From NCBI GenBank assembly GCA_043827165.1, contig JBDRPJ010000007.1, forward strand, positions 123,374 through 187,373: 64,000 nt of DNA, in the 5' to 3' direction. Positions within the stretch are counted from its first letter, which is position 1, and each line of letters starts with the position of its first letter. This document shows positions 58,319 to 64,000 of this stretch, piece after piece. The notes below the pieces were generated by a model. The model was not told the DNA's origin and made no database searches. It worked only from the letters and a program-made list of their open reading frames with translations. Source of the DNA: Pseudomonadota bacterium (GTDB taxonomy: Bacteria > Pseudomonadota > Gammaproteobacteria > Burkholderiales > Gallionellaceae). Position numbers and translations under genes: made by a program.

Positions 58319-58373
58319 ATTACGCGAAACTTTATGGGCGCTGCCCTGATTCGCATCAAATATAGAGGTTCCC

Positions 58374-58613
58374 ATGGCTGTTCAAATCAAAACTCAATCC
58401 AGCAAATCCGGACACGTTCGTCCACGTCGTCCAGACATTGACATCAACCAACCGGGGCGTCTGCGCACTGCGCACGTACTCAGCTTGTGCGCGATTTCAC
58501 ATTCCTCACTCTATAACCGAATGAAGGATGGCACCTTCCCCTCCCCAGACGGGAGGGATGGAAATAGAAATTTTTGGCGCACAGACACAATCCGAGATTT
58601 TCTTGAAGCCTAA
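58374..58613 (+). CDS. AlpA-family regulator/excisionase
   Basis: RLRTAHV, ISHSSLYNRMKDGTFPSP, W...I..F. Confidence 0.85.
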   Translation: MAVQIKTQSSKSGHVRPRRPDIDINQPGRLRTAHVLSLCAISHSSLYNRMKDGTFPSPDGRDGNRNFWRTDTIRDFLEA

Positions 58614-58684
58614 ATAAATCGCCCCCAACACCTGCGAAGTGAAGGGGGGGCATACAACTTATTCCTAGAGAGGACATTTGAATT

Positions 58685-59704
58685 ATGAGTAAGACCAATC
58701 CTATTGTCAAAGGCTTAAAGCAATATGCTTCAACGCCCGATTTGCAGCAGAATAAATCTACTAAGTGTGGCTCCAACGTATTGTTGTTTAATAGAAAAAA
58801 AGGATTTGCAACTGGGGTGTGTAACACTTCCAGTGTAGATACAGATAAGAAGTTGCACACGGCACATGCAGAAGTTGGACTATTAGCTTCTGACAAACCT
58901 CAGCACATTCTGGACATCGAAAACATGTCAGAGGCTGCACTGAAAAAAGAATATCCGAAGGAGTACAATTCTTGGAGGTCGAGGCGGGACTGTGCCAAAC
59001 AAGAATCACTGCCGTGGTCACCTGAGTTTGATAAATTTTCAGGCTTCCTTCGAGTTGTCGGGCTGAAGCCAAAACCCAATTATCAGTTGGATAAGATAAT
59101 CAAAGAGTATGGTTATGTGCCCGACAACGTAAGATGGGTTTCGCCCACTGAGAATTCGCAGAACAAGAAAGCCACCCGACTCCTTACCCATAATGATGAA
59201 ACTCATTCGGTTTCAGTTTGGGCGAAAAAATTCAACATACCGAAATCAACCATCTTCTCCAGGCTTCGCAGTGGCTGGTCTGTATCTGCGGCAATCACGG
59301 GAACTCCACCACAAGGCAAGACAACTCATAGCATCAAACCCGCCAAGTGCCCTTGGCCACAAGACGTACATGAAATATGGGAGAAGAGTTACCAGCAAGA
59401 ATGTACGAGTGCTCCCCGCCTCTATTACTACTTGGTTAAAAGTCTATCCAAGTTGACGGGATTAAAAGTGGCGGCATCAGAATGGGCTGAGTTAAATATC
59501 AATCCAAATGAAGATGAAACAGATGAGCAGATTTCGTATATGAAAAAGCAGTCTGACTTGATTAATAAGTGGGAATGGTTTTATCAAGATGCATTACAGA
59601 AAAGCTCCCAAAGAATTCCAGCACTTAATCAGATGAAAGGTGAAGGCGATTTTCTGATGACGATATATCGCAACGCAAACTTTATTCAAGCCAAACTCGA
59701 ATAG
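58685..59704 (+). CDS. Phage-type HNH-like protein with HTH and unknown C-terminal domain
   Basis: YNSW...FSGFL..VG.KP...LDKI....GY.PDNVRW....ENSQNK, followed by THNDETHSVSVWA...TIFSRLRSGWS. True start uncertain. Confidence 0.65.
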   Translation: MSKTNPIVKGLKQYASTPDLQQNKSTKCGSNVLLFNRKKGFATGVCNTSSVDTDKKLHTAHAEVGLLASDKPQHILDIENMSEAALKKEYPKEYNSWRSRRDCAKQESLPWSPEFDKFSGFLRVVGLKPKPNYQLDKIIKEYGYVPDNVRWVSPTENSQNKKATRLLTHNDETHSVSVWAKKFNIPKSTIFSRLRSGWSVSAAITGTPPQGKTTHSIKPAKCPWPQDVHEIWEKSYQQECTSAPRLYYYLVKSLSKLTGLKVAASEWAELNINPNEDETDEQISYMKKQSDLINKWEWFYQDALQKSSQRIPALNQMKGEGDFLMTIYRNANFIQAKLE

Positions 59705-59948
59705 CACAGTTTGCTCAATATGTTTTAGATGCCAGCAAAAAGTTTTAGAACATGCTGAAATTTTCTCGCTCAGGTACTAGAGAATTCAGCAAGGCATTAG
59801 CCGCTGATAAATCTTATTCGATTGGCGTTTCAATTAGCACACACGATAGAAATATACTCGGCAATGTTGGCGCAACTATTAGAACATTCTGCCGAGTAAA
59901 TTTCCTGACTGGCTGACCGGCAAGATGTTCTGTAAGCGACTGTTTTTA

Positions 59949-59976
59949 TTGACAAATTAAGCCAATCTGGTATCAT
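59949..59976 (+). promoter_or_regulatory. Strong sigma-70-like promoter
   Basis: TTGACA-N16-TATCAT with extended -10 TGn, about 28 bp before ATG 60005. Confidence 0.7.
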
Positions 59977-60004
59977 AACTCATTGAAACCACACAGTAAT
60001 ATCA

Positions 60005-60706
60005 ATGAGCCAGCTACCCCTTTTCGAGCAGGAAAAACAGCGCGGGGCAAAACCCGCTAGCCTCCAAAAAAGAATAGATTTACTGGAGGAGCTATCCCTA
60101 GTTCGTCTGTCGCCAAATTTCATTATGCGTGACTTGATGTACTCAACTGAGGTCTCCGCGATGGGACTGTCTAACTATCCAGAGCATCCAGAGATGGTTA
60201 TACGAGCGGGGAAATTGCTGTGCGAAAAAGTTCTAGAGCCAGTCCTTGAAAAGTTTGGCCGGTTCGCCATCACCTTCGGCTATCAATGTCGTGCAGGTGT
60301 CGAGCGTCACATGTCAGAGAAGCAGCGTTTGGAGCGACCTCGCAGCAGCAGCCCACATCAATGGGATAGGGGAACTTTCGGTGACGAAGTTTATGCCCGC
60401 GTGGACATCCTCGTGTTTGCAGTCGAGGACGGATTCGTATCCAAAATGGAATTCGGCCACTGGCTGATGAATAACCTCGACATAGACCTATTGATGATGT
60501 GGAAGCGAGCAAATATCTGCTGCATCAGTATCAGCCCCAAGCCAAGGCGCGTTTGGTTCGAGTGGGGCGACCCAGCGCTTGGACAGCCCAGAAGAGAAAC
60601 ATTCATGGGCACGCATTACTGGCAGAACATTTACCCGTTGTTGCTAGATTCTGCTCGTCCCAACTTCGCGCCTTCATGTTCTGGAGGCAACGTGCAATGG
60701 CGCTAA
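60005..60706 (+). CDS. Peptidase M15-like (Hedgehog/DD-peptidase fold) protein, variant
   Basis: RLSPNF.MRD, LCEKVLEP...FG...IT.GY, SSPH...ARVD, W...NLDID pattern of the M15A family. Confidence 0.55.
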   Translation: MSQLPLFEQEKQRGAKPASLQKRIDLLEELSLVRLSPNFIMRDLMYSTEVSAMGLSNYPEHPEMVIRAGKLLCEKVLEPVLEKFGRFAITFGYQCRAGVERHMSEKQRLERPRSSSPHQWDRGTFGDEVYARVDILVFAVEDGFVSKMEFGHWLMNNLDIDLLMMWKRANICCISISPKPRRVWFEWGDPALGQPRRETFMGTHYWQNIYPLLLDSARPNFAPSCSGGNVQWR

Positions 60707-60881
60707 CTATTTTATTGGCCCATTGGTATCAAGCGAAGAGTTTTATTGTGCCATCGTCGATATGTGATCATTGCTGCCATCAATCGCACCTCACTCGTAT
60801 CAATGGGTTAAGGCACTCAGCAAGCAAGCGACAAAGTGTCATGAACGTCAATATGAGTCACTTGCAAGGATCTCAATAAAA

Positions 60882-61895
60882 ATGCCAAACAGGTCCTCAA
60901 TAATGTTGGGTCAGTTGCAAATCCTGACAAATGATAAGAATCTGTTATCAGACCCCAACAATGCGGGTAGTGCTGTTGGCTCAGTGCAATTAACTGCACT
61001 GGAAAATAAACATGACAAGCTGGCCGAATATCTCCAAGCCTCCCTTTCAAATAACAGCAAGCGTGCTTACCTGAGCGACATTCAGCACTTTCTAAACTGG
61101 GGCGGGAAAATCCCCGCCACTTCGGATGTTGTCGCGCAATACCTTGTGGCTCATGCCGAATCACTTTCAAATGCAACCCTGTCGCGCCGACTGGTGAGCA
61201 TCGGTCGCGCACATACAAGCCAAGGCTTTGCCGCTCCAACTAAATCAGAATTAGTGAAAGCAACACTGCATGGCATTCGGCGCGTGCATGGCACGGCTCA
61301 GCATCAAGTCAGCCCGATACTCAAGGCAGACATCATCGCAATGGTCGAAAACCTAAATGGGTTGATTGGTCTGCGCAACAGAGCATTGTTGCTGGTCGGT
61401 TTTGCGGGTGCGTTTAGACGGTCTGAACTCGTTGCAGTTAATTGCACTGATGTCAGCTTCGTCGAACAAGGCATGATTGTTCATATCCGCCGTTCCAAGT
61501 CAGACCAAACTGGGCATGGCAGAAAAATCGCCATCCCCTATGCCAGAGGTAAGTGCTGTCCGGTATTCGCACTCAAGGAATGGCTGGCAGCTTCGCAAAT
61601 TTCCAGTGGCGCGATATTTCGTCCCGTCACTAAACACGGTTTGATTCAGGAATGCGCACTTTCGCCTGATGCAGTGGCACATGTGGTCAAGCAACGCGCA
61701 CTGGCAGCAGGGTTAGACCCATCCAATTATTCCGGTCACTCTTTGCGCAGTGGCCTTGTAACTAGTGCAGCTCAAGCGGGAGTATCGGCCAACAAGATAT
61801 TGCAGCAGACGGGGCACAGGTCGCTGGACATGATGACCCGTTACATCAGAGATGCAAACATCTTCGTGGATAACGCTGCGGGGGCAGTTCTATGA
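60882..61895 (+). CDS. Cre-like tyrosine recombinase
   Basis: [44 protein letters not shown]. Start uncertain (60882, 60903 or GTG 60984). Confidence 0.9.
   Translation: MPNRSSIMLGQLQILTNDKNLLSDPNNAGSAVGSVQLTALENKHDKLAEYLQASLSNNSKRAYLSDIQHFLNWGGKIPATSDVVAQYLVAHAESLSNATLSRRLVSIGRAHTSQGFAAPTKSELVKATLHGIRRVHGTAQHQVSPILKADIIAMVENLNGLIGLRNRALLLVGFAGAFRRSELVAVNCTDVSFVEQGMIVHIRRSKSDQTGHGRKIAIPYARGKCCPVFALKEWLAASQISSGAIFRPVTKHGLIQECALSPDAVAHVVKQRALAAGLDPSNYSGHSLRSGLVTSAAQAGVSANKILQQTGHRSLDMMTRYIRDANIFVDNAAGAVL
60982..61001. repeat. Palindrome copy 1, CAGTGCAATTAACTGCACTG
   Basis: 20-bp palindrome with one mismatched pair. Confidence 0.85.
61433..61450. repeat. Palindrome copy 2, TGCAGTTAATTGCACTGA
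   Basis: Exact 18-bp reverse complement of 60981-60998; lies inside the recombinase CDS. Confidence 0.85.
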
Positions 61896-62473
61896 ACACG
61901 ATGCCACTGCTCTACTCAAGGCTCTCTGATAGCGAATTGTTGGAAAAGCTTATAGGTGTTCGGCAGGCGCAAAAGCTGTACCGAGGTTCACTGGGGGCAA
62001 TGTTCACATCAAGCCATCACGGTGATGTTCTGCCGGAGAAATGTGTCGTGGCGCGGGAGTTGGTCAAGCGATGGTTAGATGAAGAGCTCAAGCGAGACTG
62101 TGTACTGAATTCGCCAGAGGCAGTCCGTGACTGTTTGCGAATCCACTTTGCTGGTCGTGAATACGAATCTTTCGTGGCGATGTTCCTTGACGCACAGCAT
62201 CGGCTGATTGCCACTCAGGAATTATTTAGCGGCACACTCACTCAGACTTCGGTGTATCCGCGAGAGGTGGTTAAGGCTGCGCTCAGAGAGAACGCCGCCG
62301 CTGTCATTTTTAGTCACAACCACCCATCGGGTGTGGCTGAACCAAGTCAGTCCGACCAGCTGCTGACCACCGCTCTCAAGCAGGCTTTAGCTCTTGTGGA
62401 TGTGCGTGTGCTTGACCACTTCATCGTGGCGGGTGCATCAACGCTGAGCTTTGCCGAGAGGGGCTTGATATGA
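61892..62473 (+). CDS. RadC-like JAB-domain protein 1
   Basis: [33 protein letters not shown] overlap with the recombinase stop. Confidence 0.93.
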   Translation: MNTMPLLYSRLSDSELLEKLIGVRQAQKLYRGSLGAMFTSSHHGDVLPEKCVVARELVKRWLDEELKRDCVLNSPEAVRDCLRIHFAGREYESFVAMFLDAQHRLIATQELFSGTLTQTSVYPREVVKAALRENAAAVIFSHNHPSGVAEPSQSDQLLTTALKQALALVDVRVLDHFIVAGASTLSFAERGLI

Positions 62474-63048
62474 ACCCAGCTCAATCGTATTCGAGCATGT
62501 CAGACACTGAGTTACTTCGGCGGCTTATTGGTTCGAATCAAGCACGCAAATTATATCGCGGCTCACTCACGCCCTTATTCGCAGAATCACACGACAGAGG
62601 CACACCGCCTGAAAAATGCTTGGTTGCCAGAGAACTGGTCAAGCGTTTCATCGGTGAGAACTTGCATGTCGGCTGCGTACTCACGCAACCTGAAAACGCA
62701 CGCGATTTTCTTCAAGTTCACTTCGCGGGGCAAGAGTATGAGAGCTTCGTAACTCTTTACCTCGACTCAATGCACAGGCTAATCACAGCGGAAGAATTGT
62801 TTCGTGGCAGCCTGTCCGAGACGGCTGTATATCCCCGCGAGATAGTGAAGACTGCACTCAAGCTAAATGCTGGCGCAGTGATATTTGCCCACAACCACCC
62901 GCACGGAGGATACAAACCGAGCCAGCCAGACAAAGCAATCACCAAGATGCTTACGCAGGCGCTGGTACTTATAGATGTAGAGGTGCTCGACCACTACATA
63001 GTCGCTCCCGCCAGTACATACAGCATGAGCGAGCGTCGGAGATTTTAG
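62470..63048 (+). CDS. RadC-like JAB-domain protein 2
   Basis: [33 protein letters not shown] overlap with copy 1. Confidence 0.92.
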   Translation: MNPAQSYSSMSDTELLRRLIGSNQARKLYRGSLTPLFAESHDRGTPPEKCLVARELVKRFIGENLHVGCVLTQPENARDFLQVHFAGQEYESFVTLYLDSMHRLITAEELFRGSLSETAVYPREIVKTALKLNAGAVIFAHNHPHGGYKPSQPDKAITKMLTQALVLIDVEVLDHYIVAPASTYSMSERRRF

Positions 63049-63063
63049 TGCAGTTAACTGCAC
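63048..63063. repeat. Palindrome copy 3, GTGCAGTTAACTGCAC (perfect)
   Basis: Perfect 16-bp palindrome starting on the last base of the radC2 stop codon. Confidence 0.85.
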
Positions 63064-63158
63064 AGAGCTTGGTCGGTATGCTTGCCAGTAAGTATTACAT
63101 CCACTCCCAATTCGCTGCATAATCTGCCAATTATTTAAAGAACATCTCAGGGAGCAGC

Positions 63159-64000
63159 ATGGCAATCAAGAAGTCCGAACTCTATAGCTCACTCTGGAAG
63201 AGCTGCGATGAACTCCGTGGCGGTATGGATGCCAGCCAGTACAAGGATTACGTGCTGGTGTTGCTGTTCGTCAAATACGTGTCGGACAAGTGGGCCGGGC
63301 AAGCGGATGCGCTGATTGAGGTGCCCGAGGGCGGCAGCTTCGCAGACATGCTGGCGCTCAAGGGCGACAAGGAGATTGGCGACAAGATAAACAAAATCAT
63401 CGCCAAGCTGGCCGAGGCTAACGACCTCAAGGGCGTGATTGACGTTGCCGATTTCAACGATGCCGACAAACTGGGCAAGGGCAAGGAGATGCAAGACCGC
63501 CTCTCCAATCTGGTCAGCATCTTCGATTCCCCCGGACTGAATTTCAGCAGCAACCGCGCCGAGGGCGACGACATTCTGGGCGATGCCTACGAATACCTGA
63601 TGCGCCATTTCGCCACCGAGTCCGGCAAGAGCAAAGGGCAGTTCTACACTCCGGCAGAAGTCTCGCGCATCATGGCTAAGGTTATCGGTATCCGCACTTC
63701 GACCAGCCCGAGTCAGACCATTTACGACCCGACTTGCGGCTCAGGTTCCCTGTTGTTGAAGGCGGCGGACGAAGCACCGCACGGCTTGTCTATATACGGG
63801 CAGGAAATGGACAACGCAACTTCTGCGTTGGCGAAAATGAATATGTGGATGCACGGTAATGAAGCCGCCGAAGTCTGGCAGGACAACACCCTCTACAGTC
63901 CGCACTTCAAGGAAAAGGACGGCACGCTCAAGCTGCATGATTTCGTTGTCGCCAATCCGCCGTTCTCTACCAAGGCTTGGAGCAACGGCTTCGACCCGGC
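63159..64000 (+). CDS. hsdM: Type I restriction-modification methyltransferase subunit, 3'-truncated (absent from the ORF track)
   Basis: Translated by hand: MAIKKSELYSSLWKSCDELRGGMDASQYKDY, GQFYTP, motif I IYDPTCGSGS, motif IV VANPPF; GGAG SD upstream. Confidence 0.95.
   Translation, partial: MAIKKSELYSSLWKSCDELRGGMDASQYKDYVLVLLFVKYVSDKWAGQADALIEVPEGGSFADMLALKGDKEIGDKINKIIAKLAEANDLKGVIDVADFNDADKLGKGKEMQDRLSNLVSIFDSPGLNFSSNRAEGDDILGDAYEYLMRHFATESGKSKGQFYTPAEVSRIMAKVIGIRTSTSPSQTIYDPTCGSGSLLLKAADEAPHGLSIYGQEMDNATSALAKMNMWMHGNEAAEVWQDNTLYSPHFKEKDGTLKLHDFVVANPPFSTKAWSNGFDP

Larger units (their letters stand above)
56584..64000. mobile_element. Genomic island integrated at the 3' end of ychF (right end outside window)
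   Basis: Abrupt shift to AT-richer sequence after the ychF stop; integrase plus AlpA; cargo of recombinase, RadC and hsdM. Only one att copy is visible, so the att is inferred. Confidence 0.85.

Noticed and set aside
63189-63938. Minus-strand ORFs at the window end
   Set aside because: They are shadows of hsdM on the plus strand, which the track omitted because its stop lies outside the window.

Overview
A betaproteobacterial chromosome segment; gene content and order suggest a Gallionellaceae-like organism (inference, not a database result). 1-23 kb is a chemotaxis/flagellar cluster: five MCPs (two with a periplasmic CxxCH, two with CZB), a stand-alone PAS protein, two cheV, cheY, cheZ, cheA, cheR, a receiver-less cheB, flhB, flhA, flhF, flhG, fliA and motC/motD. 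23-56.6 kb is mostly housekeeping. It holds lipB-ybeD-dat-dac, an HDOD protein, and a RegB/RegA pair divergent from an OprC-type copper receptor with two PCuAC chaperones. It continues with hsp20, argB, slmA, leuA with a Leu-rich leader peptide, proS, rppH, dut, coaBC, mutM, an ABC system, and lolB-ispE-tRNA-Gln-prs-rplY-pth-ychF. From the 3' end of ychF (56619) a visibly AT-richer genomic island runs off the window. It encodes a P4-type integrase, AlpA, a phage HNH-like protein, a variant M15-like peptidase, a translationally coupled Cre-like recombinase-RadC-RadC operon, and a type I restriction-modification M subunit. The best candidate for something undescribed is this recombinase/tandem-JAB module, which carries three copies of a 16-bp palindrome GTGCA(G/A)TTAA(C/T)TGCAC. 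All assignments come from motif recognition by eye; no searches were run.
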